A stretch of 64,000 nt of DNA from Plasmodiophora brassicae (Eukaryota), in the NCBI GenBank assembly GCA_036867785.1, contig CP145419.1, positions 868,001 to 932,000 of the forward strand. Direction: 5' to 3'. Positions 1-12,738 of the stretch are shown piece by piece. A program made the position numbers and the translations under genes. The stretch's first letter is position 1. The number at the start of each line of letters is the position of its first letter. The notes under the pieces are model-generated. The model was given only the letters and a program-made list of their open reading frames with translations, searched no databases and was not told the origin of the DNA.

Positions 1-3000
1 TTGTCGCCCGGGGCGCCGCCGTCCTACGACGACCCGGCGCCGGTCGACGAGATCAGGGTCGGCTGGCTGTACAAGAGGTCCCGGCTGGGCCTGTGCTGGA
101 ACCGGCGATGGGTGTCGGCGGCCGACGGCCAGCTGACAACGCACGCGGACGCGTCGTCGCCCACCAAGCTGACGGTCACGTTGGCGTACGCCACCGTCCA
201 GCTGCTGAGCTCGTCGCGCGACCGCTACCGCTTCGAGGTCGGCACGGCGCTGGGCGCCCGATTCGAATTCGCCGCCGAGACGTCCCGCGACGCCAACGAC
301 TGGGTGCGCTTCCTCAGGTCCCAGATCGGGCCGCAGCCGAGACGACGCGCCCGCGACCGGGTACGTTCGTCGAGAGCAGGCACCGGTGTCCCGTGTCCCG
401 TCGTCGCTGACGTTAACGGGCCGTGCGCGCGTCCTTGTTGCTGTTGCAGAACGCCGACCAGCAGCAGCAGCAGACGCAGCTGGCGCCACCGCCGCAACAC
501 GACGATAACGAGGCGGTCGGCGAGCCCGGCCGCCCGGGTGCGTCGCCGGCCATCCCGTGGAACGACATGTACCAGTCGATCGTGGAGATGAGCGAGTCGA
601 CGTTCAACCAGTCGGTGGAGAAGGCGCGCCGCCTGAACGGCCTCGTCGACGCGTTCGTGCGGTGCGCCCGGCGCGTCGCCCGCGTCATCGTCGACGAGTA
701 CACGCTGCCGCCGCACCTGAAGACGATCGCCCCGATCGACCGCATCGACGCGGCCCCCGAGGACGAAACGTTCACCAGCGACGGCATCGCGTTCACGTTC
801 ATGCACGAGCAGAACGGGAGCGAGGCGCAGGACGAGTTGCAGCGCAAGATGGGCACCCACGACCTGCACGGTGCGTGCGTGCCCGGCGGGCGTGCGTGTG
901 TGCGTGCCCGGGGTGCGTCGCTGACTGTGAGTGCCGCGCGCGCCTCCGTAGGCACGACGGCGTACGCGAACGTGCCGGCGACGTCCAGCGATCTGCACAC
1001 GCACCTGTGCTGCGTCGTCGACTACCTCGGCTTCCGCCTGTTCTGCCTGGCGCTGGTGCCCATCTACGACGACACGCGCGTCACGTTCGGGCGCGTCGGC
1101 GGCGCCCTGCAGCGCGAGGCGCGCACCGAGGCGCTGCTGGAGGCGGCGGCCCGCGACCTGCACCTGGCGACGCACGACGCGTTCGTCGAGGAGGGCGCCC
1201 AGGGCGAGACCGTGGCGATCCACGCGGCGTCGTCCGTCATGGTGCACCGCGGCGAGGACCAGCGCCTGTACGTGACGAACCTGACCAGGGCGTTCCCGGT
1301 CGACCGCAACCGGGACGGGACGGACCCGGCCGGCGTCGGCCAGCTGCGACCCGAGTTCCTGCGCCTGTACGCGAAGGCGCTGTCGCCGGACGCCTTCCTG
1401 GTGGGCGGCACGGCCGACGCCGACGGCAACGACGACGACGTCGCGCAGGCGTGCCGGTACCTGCGGGACACGGTCGTCGGCGAGTTCGTCAAGCAGATGG
1501 ACCTGCTGGCGCTGGTCCCGGTGGACAGCGCCCACCTGACCGCCCTCATGCACGACCGGGGCATCAACGCCCGGTACCTGGGCGCCATCGCCGACACGAC
1601 GGCGCTGCCGCACGTGCGCGAGATGGCCGTCTGCGAGATGGTCGCCCGGACCTGCAAGGCCGTCCTCCAGCGGTCGTGGCGGCGGCGCGCCCGGTCGGCC
1701 AGGGCCAGCGCCGGGCGTCGCCCCGACCACCCCCGCCTGCACGACGACGACGCCAAGCTGGACCAGGCGCTGCGCCAGGCCGCCCGGCAGCAGGCCGGGG
1801 CGCAGCGCGACGCCGCCGTCGACCTGTTCAACGCCGTCCTGGGCCACGACGCCGACTTCTGGCGCCGCTGCATCGCCGAGCGCCTCGCCCGCAAGTTCGC
1901 CTACGCGATCAGCGCCGAGGAGAGCCGCGCCCTGCACCGCCCGCTGCTGCTGGCCGCCCTGCAACACCATTGCGGCGTGCGCCTCGTCGACGCGGGCGCC
2001 CGGCGCACCGGCCCGCCGGCCCCGCTGACCCGCCAGCAGGTCGTGGCGATCGACGCGCGCTGCAAGTGGCCGACGATCAGCAGCCTCCGGTGCCACCTGT
2101 TCCCGAAGAAGGCCGACCAGTACCTGCGCGACGGCGCCTTCGACATGGCCGTCCAGGCCCTGCGCCTGCGCCTCGACGTCATGGTGGGCGCCGGCGACGA
2201 CGACCTGGGCGGCAGCGCGCCGCAGACACCGACGTCGGCGTCGTCGTCGTCGTTGCCGCCGGCCCCGCCGCCACCCCACCGGAAAGGCGGCGGGAGCACA
2301 GGGCCGGTGCCCGGGGCGGGCGCCGCCGACCTCAGCCAGGGCGGCGGCGGCGGCGGCGACAATGATGACAATGGGTGGTCGGCGTCGGGTGCCGAGGCGC
2401 ACCGGACGCTGAACGACCTGTGCGAGGCGTACCTGTGCCAAGGCGATGTCGGCGAGGCGCGCCGGGCGGCGCAGCGGGCGCTGCGCCTGTCGGCGGGGGC
2501 GGACGCGCGCACCTGCCAGACGTACGCCCTGCTGGTGGGCGTGTACGGCGCCCTGGGCGAGTCGGGGCGCGCCCAGCAGGCCCTGCACCTGGCGCTGTCG
2601 ATGACGCGGCACCTGTACGGGCCGCACCACCCGCTCCTGCTGCGCCTGCTGGACGAGGCTGGGACGCGCGCCCTGCAGGCCGGCGACGCCGCCGACGCCG
2701 AGCAGCGGTACCGGGCCGCCATCGACCTGGCGCTGACGTCGCTCGGCAAGAGCCACCCGACGACGGCGACGTTCTACACGCGGGTCGGCAACGTCCTGCA
2801 CCTGGGCGGGCACCTGGACAAGGCGAAGGACGCGCACGAGAAGGCCTGCCTGATCTACGAGGGCCTGTACGGGCCCGCCTCGATCGACGTGGCCCGCAGC
2901 TGCTTCTACCTGAGCGACATCCTCGCCAGGAAGGGCGACCATCAGACGGCGCGGTACTACAACCAGCGCGCCCTGAAGATCCGCCAGCAGCTGCTGGGCG

Positions 3001-3731
3001 ACGAGGCGCCCGACACGCTCGACAGCTTCCACCAGGTCGCCTGGCAGGCGCACCACCGCGAGGACCACGACGAGGCCATCCCCTACTTTGAGGCGCTGCT
3101 GGCGCGCTACAAGGCCATGCCGGCGCCGACCGACGCCGCCCTGGCCGACATCAGGCGCATGACCAAGGCCGTCATCCGCCTGGCGATGCGGGCCCTGCCC
3201 ATGGACCAGGTCGCCTTCCTCGACAGGGTCTACCAGGTACGGGTCGTCGTCGTCGTCGTCGCCGTCGGCTGGCGTGCTGAGCGCCACCGTGTCTGACGGG
3301 GATGGGCGCGCGCTTGTATATAGGAGAGCAGGGCGCGCGGATCCGACAACGCCGTCCTGACACGATCCGTGATTCGCAAGCTGTACCACGAGAGCCCATC
3401 GGCCTACATCGGCGCCCTGCTCAAGTGCACGTCGCGGGGCGTGGCCGAACCCGGATACGCCGAGGGCGTTGCCGAGCTCGCCGTCGTCCTGTCGCTGATG
3501 GAGTCGTCGTCCAGCGATTCGGACAATGACGACGACGACGACGACGGCGACGGGCAGGAGGGTGCCACCAGGAAGCCCACCGGGGATGTCGAGGGCGAAC
3601 AGGACGACGACGACGACGTTGACGCGTCGGCGTTGTCGTATGCGATCGGGCGCGGTCGGCAGGCGTCGCCGGTCAAGGCCATGCAGTACGCGGTCGGCGG
3701 CACACGACCGAACACTATTGTCAGATCGTGA
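1..3731 (+). CDS. PH domain + CLU/CLU-central + TPR repeat protein (clustered-mitochondria-like), 5'-partial, multi-exon
   Basis: PH motif (GWLYKRS...WNRRW...FEFAAE...DWVRFL) in 1-360. GT-AG introns at 361-449, 871-951 and 3237-3323 keep the frame. CLU-like motifs (VDYLGFRLFC, VHRGEDQRLYVTNLTRAFP, LRPEF, MHDRGINARYLG) are followed by kinesin-light-chain-type TPRs (LYGPHHP, LGKSHPTTA). The 3' end is uncertain (possible further intron from ~3687). Confidence 0.8.
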
Positions 3732-3900
3732 ATGCCGCCCCCCGGCCGCCCGCTTGACCCCCCGTCGTCATACGTGTTAGCCGCCCATGTCTCAATACAC
3801 GCGTCGAGTTTGGCCCATGGAAGCCCTGCACCGGCCGACGAGTAGTGTACGCAGGCGACAGGGCAGATGGTCGGGATGGCGGAGGTCGCGGCCGTCCACA

Positions 3901-4730
3901 TCAGCGTATACGTAAGCAAATATGTGTGTGTACGCGCGCACAAGCGAGGCCATGCCCAGCAGGATGGGGCCCGTTCACGTCAGCGCCTGCTGGTCGTCCT
4001 CGGGATCGTCGAGGCTCGTCAGCGCATAGACTGCACACAGAACGGGGGTGGGCGAGGGTCATCAGATCGAGATGCGCCATGGTGGCCCACGACGCCCTGC
4101 CCGTACATGGAGAGGTTGTCGTCGGCGAGGCCGACCGGCGGTTGGACAGGCGCGATCGGAGTCGGTCGAAGCGCTGCCGGGCCGCTAACGCGTACGATTG
4201 ACGATGAGGGGCAGGATACGGAGGACGGCCCCCCAGTTGCTTACCGGCGCCCAGCTGTGAGACGCGTTCACTGACGGACGCGTGCCGCAGGTGGGCCAGG
4301 CCGTCGGCACCGGGCCCGGCCTGCGACACGATGTCCTGCAGGATGGCATCGTCCTGGGACGGTCGCGTTCTCTAGGCCAGCCAGACAGCAGCGCCGTTAG
4401 TGATTGGGCGTATGCACGCGCGGCCGACCAGAACGCGAACGATTCGGAAATAGGAGGGCGGGCGCAGGAAGTCGTCCGGCAGGGCGGCCTGGGCGGCCCC
4501 GGCCGCCTCGCTGGACATCTCCAGGAGCACATCCACGGCTCGATCCAGGCTGCCGCCGTTGGCCTGGACACGACACGGTCAGCAAAGCGGGCGGCCACCA
4601 TGGGAGACGGGACGATGTCGGCGGCGGCCCGGGCGCATACGTCGAGAACCAGGGTGATGACGTCGGCGTCAATGCCTGGGAACATGCCCTGCAGCGTCGT
4701 CGTCGCAGCAGTGGCGTCGGCGCCCTGCAT
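3901..4730 (-). CDS. CUE (ubiquitin-binding) domain protein, multi-exon
   Basis: Splicing the intron at 4564-4640 gives LQGMFPGIDADVITLVLD-ANGGSLDRAVDVLLEM, with the MFP...LL CUE signature, followed by LPDDFLRPP. Downstream exons and the stop are uncertain. Confidence 0.7.
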
Positions 4731-4812
4731 GGCGCGGCGGCGGCGGCGAGGCGGTGCGGTCTCCCGGACGTTGTGCGTGTGTGTCCCCTATAGAGGCGGC
4801 GCACGCCACCAA

Positions 4813-7756
4813 AATGGCGACCGCCGCTGCCTGCGCCGACCTGGTTCCGATGAAGCCTCAGGGGAAGCGCGCGGCCCGGCAGCCGGCCGGCGCCAGTTGT
4901 GGCGCACAACAGCGCCGGCCGCCTGCCGCCTGCAGCAGCGGCAGCAGATACGTGCTTGCCCGCCGGGACGGCGCCCCCGACGACATTGTCGAACGGCACA
5001 CATGCTGGGGACTGCTGCGTGCGCGCGTCGCCCGCGGAGGCCCTGCACTGATCAAGTCGACGCGGACGCCCTGCTGCTTCCACTTCCGCTGCAGCTGTGC
5101 CACTCTGCCAGGGGCGACGCGACGTCGCCGACCCCTGGCGTGTGCGCGCCTCCCTGCTGGGCGGCCCTGGTGGTACTACGTGGTGCTGCCCGGGTGCACT
5201 GGTGCAGGAGGTGGCCCGGGCGCCAGAGGAAGATCACCAGTTGATTTTGGGTTGGGGGGTGGGGCCTGTTGCGTTGCGTGCGGCGGGGCGCGCCCCCCCT
5301 CGCTCCCGCCTGCGACACCTGCGTGCGTGGGAGGCCCCGTGGCGCCGCGCAACCGAACCGGTCCAGCGCCCGCGTCGTCGTCGTCGTCGTCGTCGGGACG
5401 GTCATCTCGGCGGCTACGGGGACGCGACGTACCCTATCGCCCGGCGCGGACGCCTCTCCCCGATGCTGTCGGGGCGCCTGCACCCGTCGACCAGCAGCAT
5501 CGGTCGGCGGCAGCCGCAGCGTTCGTCGCCGTCGACCGGTCGTATCCGGGACGAGGCACGCCGTCATGACGCGTCGCCGGACGATGACCTCGAGCATCAT
5601 CATCGGCATTGTCGTCGTCGCCGTCTGTCGACCGTCTGTATACCCAGGTCGGCGTCGGCCCTGCCCACATCGGCGCCGTCCGCCTGCTTGATGCCCTGCC
5701 GCAAACCCTGCTGCCGCATCGATCGCCGCCAGGCCCATGTGGTGGAGGCGGCGCAGGCGCCCTGTCGCCGCGTGCCCGCCGCCGTCCTGCCCGTCGGCGG
5801 TGATGGTCCCGTGCAGGGTCGTGGACCACCGGGCGCCGCGCCTCGATGGGGGCCCTGGCGTCGTGCGACCCCGACGTACACGCCGGAGCAGCGTCGCAAG
5901 ATGCTGGAGAGCGTCGCCCACCCCGCTGTCAAACCGCCGCTGTCCATCGCCACGTTCGCCATCCCGAGGCTGGCGGGCGAGCTCCTGCCCCGGCCGCCCC
6001 GTATACGACCCGAGGAGTCGGCGTCCACCGACCTGTCGGATGCGGCGCGCCCCGAGGCGTACGTGTCCGAATCCGAATCCGAACCCGACCATGACGACGA
6101 GGGGGACGCGCGCCAGCCGGCCGCCGACGAGGTGGACGACGCGCGGGCCCCGGCCACCACCGCCACGGAAGAGTCGCCGGTGGGCACGCGTCGTCGACCT
6201 CGCCAGCAGGACGACCCCGGATCCGGTGCCGACGACAGCGTCGTGTCCAGGAAGCAGCAGACGAGGCAGCAGACGACGAAGGACGTGCAGCAGGCGTTCA
6301 AGTACGGCGTCTGCGTTTCTGTGTTCGTCTGCGGGCGCTGAGCAGCGGGATGCGTCCAGGTACCTGAAGCGGAGCGGCCCGATGGGACTGAAGATTGTCG
6401 CGCGATCTCGTCGGCCGCCGACCCTCCACCTGTCCGGCCTGTACGCCGGCATGGCGTATCCGCGCCCAGCTGTCAGGTCGGTCCTGCCGCTGCCGGTCGG
6501 CCCGGGCGTCGACCTGCTCCACGATGTCGTCCCGTTCCGCCTGCCGTTTGCCATGGCGCACGAACGGCTCGCTGAGCTGGAGCTGGACCAGGCGCGCAGG
6601 TCGGCGCCGCCGTCGACGCTGGCGCCCCCGCCCTTCATCTTGATTCGAAAGAGTACGACGGCCTGCTACTGCCACCGCCACGTCCGCACGCGCATGGCAT
6701 GATGACGGTCGCGCTGCTGTGCACAGGTGTTGGTCTCAGGGGGCAGACCTTCATCGACGACGACGTCTACGTGTGCGACTGCGTCGACGTCTGCGACGAG
6801 TACTGCCAGAACCGGATGACCTGGCACGAATGCAACCCGGACGAATGCAGGGCGGTGCAGTGCAACAACCAGGCGCTGCAGCGGCAGGAATGCGCCCAGA
6901 TCAGCCTGCAGCATGTGAGGGGCGGCCGCATGTGTCATCTGTGTGGGGCGCCCGCCCTCGACTGAACAATCGGCTGCCTTGTAGATGGGCGACAAGGGCT
7001 GGGGGATCCGCCTAGACCAGGACGTGCGGCAGGGCGACCTCATCGTGGAATACGTCGGGGAGGTATGGGCGCGCATGCGTTCTGGCACGTGCGGGCCCCG
7101 CTCACCACGTTTGTTCGCTGTTAGCTCGTCGACAAGGTCGAGTCGACGCGGCGCCTAAACGTCGACTACGCCGGCGAATCCAACTTTTACATTCTGGCCA
7201 TCTCGAGCGACCTGTACATCGATGCGACCCGGCAGGGCAACCTGTCGCGATTCACGAACCACAGCTGCGAACCGACGTGCGAGACGCAGCTGTGGATGGT
7301 TCGCGGCCAGCCCAGGCTCGGCATCTTTGCGCTGCGGGACCTGCCGGCCGGCGCCGAGGTCACCTTCGACTACAAGTTCTCGCGGTACAGCGACGTCGAC
7401 GTCCAGTGCCTGTGCGGGTCGGGCAATTGTCGCGGGTTCCTGGGGGCGACCGCCCCGCCCAAGCGGCCCAGGACGAACGGGAAGAAACCGGAACCGGGCG
7501 GCCCGCTGACCGACAAGGACATCCTCGAGATGGCACGCAACGACGTGACGGCGTCCAAGTTCTTGTCGACGGTGCGCGAGGCCAATCAGGGCGCCGATCA
7601 GCGCGTCGTGCTGCTGCGATCCCTGGCACGTGGGCGTGGCGCCTTCCTGCGGCGCCTGACGAGGCCACCGTCGTCCGTCGATGGGTGTTAGCCGCCCCGT
7701 ACGTGACCCCGGTCCTGTTCAGCACCATGTCGGCTTGGCGTGCACGACCAGCGTGA
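4813..7756 (+). CDS. AWS-SET-postSET histone lysine methyltransferase (SET2/ASH1/NSD-like, probably H3K36)
   Basis: Cys-rich AWS exon (CDCVDVCDEYCQNR...EC) at ~6727-6913, KGWGI...IVEYVGE at ~6985-7062, then YIDATRQGNLSRFTNHSCEP...EVTFDY and post-SET CLCGSGNCRGFLG at ~7125-7450. Start and stop are approximate; the SET core is firm. Confidence 0.85.
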
Positions 7757-8132
7757 GGGCCGAGCAGGTGATGCAGCACGAACACGCCCGCTGCATGTTG
7801 TGCATAAATTGACGCCGTGTTCAACCCACAGGGCCTGGCTGCGTTCGTTCATGGCCTGGTGGCGGGTGGTGGTGGCGCTGTATGCCGGTGGCACACGCCT
7901 GGTGCCGGTGTGCGCCTGGGTCGCTCTGTGAAGTGCTCGCGCGCGCCCTCCCCTGTCAACCTGGTCTGAAGAATGGCTGCGCCTGTGCCCGCGCCCATCA
8001 CTGCCCCCGTGTCGGATGCGGCTGTATCGTGGATCTGGATGGATGTGCCCCCCGCGCCCGCCCCGCCCGCACACAGTCGCCTCAGCCAGTTCGTCCATCG
8101 TCGTTGCACAATAGGTACAACGAACGGTCGCC

Positions 8133-10422
8133 ATGGGCGCCGACTCGCTGGGCTGTAGGGTCGGCGCGTCCCTGTCGCTGTGTGGTGGGGGGTCGTCGGA
8201 CGGTCTGCTGACGCCCTGCTGGCGCGCCCTGCTCGTCGAGTCGATCCCCGTGGCCGTCCTGCTGGCCAGCGTCCCCGCCCTGCATCGCACGGTACGATCG
8301 CGGGCGCCCCTGGTCCTTGGCCACGTCTCCCGTCGTTACCAGCTGCGCCTGGCGTCCTGCCTCGTCCTGGCGCTGACGCCCGTCTTCGACCTGGGCGTCC
8401 GCGTCGGCGGCTCGGCCGGCCTGGACGCCGCCGACCTGATCGCCGCCGCCTGCCAGCTCCTGGCCTGGGCCTACACGGCGCTCGTCGTCGCCCGGCTGCA
8501 CCGACGCGGCCTGATGCCCACCCGGGGCCTGCGCCTGGCCTGGGCCGCCGCCCTGCCTGTCGCCGTTGTCGACCTGTGGGCGTCGGCCAGCGCCAGTGCG
8601 GCCGCCATCGCCCTGTCGTCGATCCGCGTCGCCTTCGTCCTGGTGCTGGCCGCCGACGCCCTGCCGCGCCGGGTGAACCCCTGGACGTGGCGGTCGGCGA
8701 CGACGCGCGGCCCAGGCGCCCTGCTCGACGCGCTGCTGCTGCTGCCGGCGCCGCGGGACGACGACGGCGACCAGCAGCAGCAGCAGCAGCAGCGTTCCGC
8801 GTCGAGCCTGGACCTGTGGGCGCAGTGGCTCGGGGCGACGTCGCCGTTCGGGTCGACGCTGACCGACCGGCGCCAGGTGGTCACCTCGATGAACGTCGTG
8901 TCGTGGACCGAGGGCACCGACGGCCACGGCGACCCGTTCGTCCAGGTGGCGATCGACGTGGACACGGCCGATGCGGGCCAGTGGACCGTCTCGCACCGCT
9001 TGCGCGACCTGGCCTGGATCGGGCCCGCCCTGCGCGCCGCCTATGCCCGGGCCGGCCGCCCGTACGACCTGGGCGACCTGCCGACGTGGACGGCGGCCAG
9101 TGACGCGCGCCCGGCCGCCGCCCAGGTCGCCGTCGTCCTGCAGGCCATGCTGCAGGCCGCCGTCCAGTGCCCGGCCATGTTCGCCGACATGGAACGGGTC
9201 GCGCGTTGCAACGAACATCGACGCCCAATCGTCGGTGGGCCGGTGCCCGCCCCGGCCCCGCCGGCGCCCGCCGATGCCGACCCGCAGGACCGGTCAGCGT
9301 CGCCGACGACGATCGTCGTCGATGTCGTTCCTGATCCGTCCCGGGTCATGTTCGATGGGCGACGGCACCTGCACGACGACGTCAGGCGGTACCGGGCGGA
9401 CGAGGCGCGCCTGCGGATCATCAGCGCCGACGTCGTCCGCTTCCACGTCGACCAGGGCCTGTCGACGGCCACCTACGACATCAATGTAGGTGCACAACAC
9501 ACACAGAGAGAGGGCGCGAGTGCGGGCCTGATGCGAACGGGCGCCCTGCAGGTGCGATCGGTGTCGGGGCGCTGGTCCGTGTCGCGGCGGTACCGCCAGT
9601 TCCATGATCTGCAGGCGGCGCTGACGGCACTGTTCGACCCGCGCCTGCTGCCATCGCTGCCGCCGAGGACCTTCCTGGGCCACGTGCACGGTCGGTCGGC
9701 CCGGGCCCGTCGTCACGCGGTCCTCGACGATCATGTGTGTGTGTGTGCCTGATTGTTGGTGGCGCGCAGATGCCGACTTCCTGGAGCACCGGCGCCGTCA
9801 CCTGGACATGTACCTGCAGATGCTGGCCAACACGGACTACTTCGAGTGTCGCCCGCTGCACGACTTCCTGCAGCCGTGCGACGGCCATGTGGGCGCGGCC
9901 CTGGCCGGCAGCCCGGCGGGCGCGCCCGTCGACGACCAGACGGCGCTGCACAGGTTCGAGGTCACCCTGCTGCACTGGCAGTACTCGGAGGCGTCCGACC
10001 CCAAGTCCGAGGTCGTCTACCAGTTCGAGGTACGTACGCCACCTGCAGCGGGCGCCCGCCCGCCCGTCGCCCAGCCTCTGAACGCACCACCCGCCGGCGC
10101 CTTGCAGATCTGTGAGTACTTCACGCCGGCGCAGTACCTCAAATGGGTGCTGCCGGCGACCATGTACGACTTCAAGCAGTTCCATGCGTGCCTACGACGC
10201 CGGTTCCCGTCGGACGTCCTGCCGGACCTGCCCGCCTGGTCGCTGACGCAGTCGACCGCCCAGGCGGCGTTCGCCGATGCGCGCGCCACCCAGCTCGAGG
10301 CCTTCCTGCAGAAGGTCATCAACTGCGGGCCGCTGGCCTGCCCCGACCTGCACTCGTTCATACAGCTCGACAACGCCAACCGGCACATCTCCACTGGCAT
10401 GAATATATCAGCGCTGCCCTAA
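8133..10422 (+). CDS. Membrane protein with N-terminal hydrophobic helices and two PX-like domains
   Basis: Several hydrophobic segments in the first ~180 aa. PX motif SVSRRYRQFHDL...PSLPPR...FLEHRRRHLDMYLQ, and a second PX-like unit FKQFHACL...PDLP...RATQLEAFLQ. Short introns near 9486-9551, 9685-9769 and 10030-10107. Confidence 0.7.
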
Positions 10423-10473
10423 CCAGCCGGCATTCGCCTTGCCCGGTGTATAGACCATGAGCGGGTAGGCCCA

Positions 10474-10755
10474 TCAGCGGGCCTTCGTCGCTGGCACCAG
10501 TTCAAGGCGCTCGTCGTCGACGGCCTTGTCCAGGTGGATGGCATGGTGCAACTCCAGCGGTGTGCTGACGGTACCCTTCGCGCCCTTGTAGTCGTACGTG
10601 AAGAACACCTTGGACCGCAACGGGAACGACTTGGGCGAATGACGCATCACGTACTCGACAATGTTCTCGAAATCGCGGGAGCTCTCCAGGCGCACGAGGC
10701 GCGTGTCGCTATCGGCCAGCCGCACGTTGACGTAGTAGTTGGACGCAGTCGCCAT
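10474..10755 (-). CDS. Small 93-aa protein, possibly PB1/ubiquitin-like fold
   Basis: ATG at 10755 and GC3-rich codon usage. Pattern (YVNVRL..DTRLVRL...FENIVEYV...FFTYDY.G..GTVST..EL..AI) is reminiscent of PB1. Confidence 0.5.
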   Translation of the reverse strand: MATASNYYVNVRLADSDTRLVRLESSRDFENIVEYVMRHSPKSFPLRSKVFFTYDYKGAKGTVSTPLELHHAIHLDKAVDDERLELVPATKAR

Positions 10756-10978
10756 CGATCGATCCGGAGGCCAACGGATTACCGGGGCGCGCTTGCCGAC
10801 TATATGACGACTGACGACGCACACGATTTGACATGCGGCACGCCAGAGGGCACGCGCCTCCCAGGGCGACACCCACACGACGATCATGGCCAGGCTGAAA
10901 TATCCGGGTCCCGATCAGACTACGTAGCCGCTCGTATATTGGGGGCACGGTTTGATACGTCACAATACCATTGTTGAA

Positions 10979-12738
10979 TCATGACGGAGGTAGCGACGCC
11001 AGCCATGGATGATCGAGAGCTGCCTCCAGCGTCATCCTCTGCCCCTTGTCTTTCACTAGTAGCTGTCAGACGGCGAACAGTCAGTCGGCCACATCGGCAA
11101 CCCATCTGCGACACCACCCCGCGTTACCCTGCTGATGAAATCGCGTGCACATTCGCTGATCTCTTCGGGCCATACGATCCGTAGCGACGTTATGCGCTCG
11201 TAAATTGCTGCAACCTGGCCCTCCGATTCGGCATCGTTATCGGAATCGTCGTCGTCACTTCTTCTATCTTCCTCCTCGTCGTCATCGTCGTCGGTATCGT
11301 CGTTGTCGGCAGCGTCTGATCCGTCCGATTGAGCGTCCTCTGCCGGTGAGCGATCATCACTGTCGCTCTATGGCAAACAGCCATTCAGATTCATCCAGGC
11401 GGGACGCACATTGTGTTATCAAACCTGAGCGCCACGCTCATCGTCTGCCTCGTTTGCATCACCGTCAACAGCAGCGCCGTATTCAGACTCAGTGTCTTCA
11501 TCAGCATCATCTGAGTTGTCCTCCGTTGCTTCGACCTGTTCAGTATCGACGTCCTCACCGTCGCCATTGCCATCCTCAACTTCGTCATCTTCATCATCAT
11601 CATCATCCTCCTGTCCGTCGTCGTCCTCTTCGTCGCCATCCTCTTCGTCATCGGATTCTACATCGGATTCGAAAGGCCCTCTACCGTGAAGCAATTCGTA
11701 TGCGACGACGCTGCAATATATAAACAAATTAGATGTTGCCGTTCCACAACAGAAAACGCGATACGAATGGCGTACCCGACACTCCACGCGTCTGAAGCCT
11801 CGTCATGGGGCTCACTCTGCGCAATCTCGTACGAATGATAGTAGCGCGTGCCGCATAGACTCTTTCGAGACGAGTGTACTGTCGCCACGCAGCCGAAGTC
11901 GGCGAGCAGCAGGTCGCCCGACTCGGAAAGGAGCATGTTCTCTGGCTTGACGTCGCGATGCAGATACCCGTGTTTGTGCAGGTGCAGAAGTGCAGTAACT
12001 AGAGACCTAACATGCCTTGCCGCCTCTCCTACAGCACCAAGGAGCGCACATTAAGCACGACCTGACAGGGATCGCAGATGCCACCAATATCGTACTGTCA
12101 TCGAATCGACTCTTGTCACTGAGCGCTTGGTTCAGGTCGCCTTTCGGTGCATACTCCATGATCAGATATATGTACTTGTAATCTTCGACGTAGCCGTCGA
12201 TCTGCACGATATGAGGATGGCGCAATGTCATCAGCGCTTCCACCTCGTCCCAAAGCTGTTCGAACAGCATCACCGGGTCGTCATCCTTCCAGATCTGGAA
12301 CTTGGACACCTTCTTGATGGCACGCCAAGGCTGTCCAGGCCTTGTTTTCCATCGAGCTAGCAGAACGGATCCCATGGCTCCGGTCCCAAGCGACCCCGGA
12401 TCACCGGTCACGAACTCGAATTCGTCCAGTGACAGCGGAGACTCGGGGAATACACGAAGATTCAGTGGTGCATGCGTCAGTTTCTCGACGCCCAGACGTG
12501 CGGGCCGATCGATAACCGGGACGCGCTGGTGAGTCGTGCATGGCAGGCAAGGTCGGGATGGATGGGCATCAGCGGTACGGGTTTGCGCGTCGGATTCTGT
12601 AGGTGATGTACCGTTCAGATCGACGCGTTGCATGGAGTCGGCAAGTTGGGCCACATGATCGGGCAGCGGGGCCGACCCATCATCGGCCTTGACCAGGACG
12701 AAGCCGTCTTCGTCACGAGGCGTTCTCGGGACAGCCAT
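10979..12738 (-). CDS. Aurora-like Ser/Thr protein kinase with long acidic insert
   Basis: LGTGAMGSV, AIK, LRHPHIV, IMEYAPKGDL, HRDVKPEN, DFG, LCGT, DAWSVG, GRGPF, then IYERI...ARDFISRLLVKD...RMTLEAALDHPWL. Introns at 12029-12095, 11711-11775, 11368-11424 and 11063-11127 give a continuous frame. Confidence 0.85.

Noticed and set aside
225-3389. 1054-aa minus-strand ORF and other long overlapping ORFs in the GC-rich flanks
   Set aside because: These are antisense or alternate-frame shadows of GC3-rich genes and contain no motifs.
7688-8134. Possible small minus-strand gene (MATVRCTYC...) between the SET and PX genes
   Set aside because: No recognisable domain or convincing exon structure.
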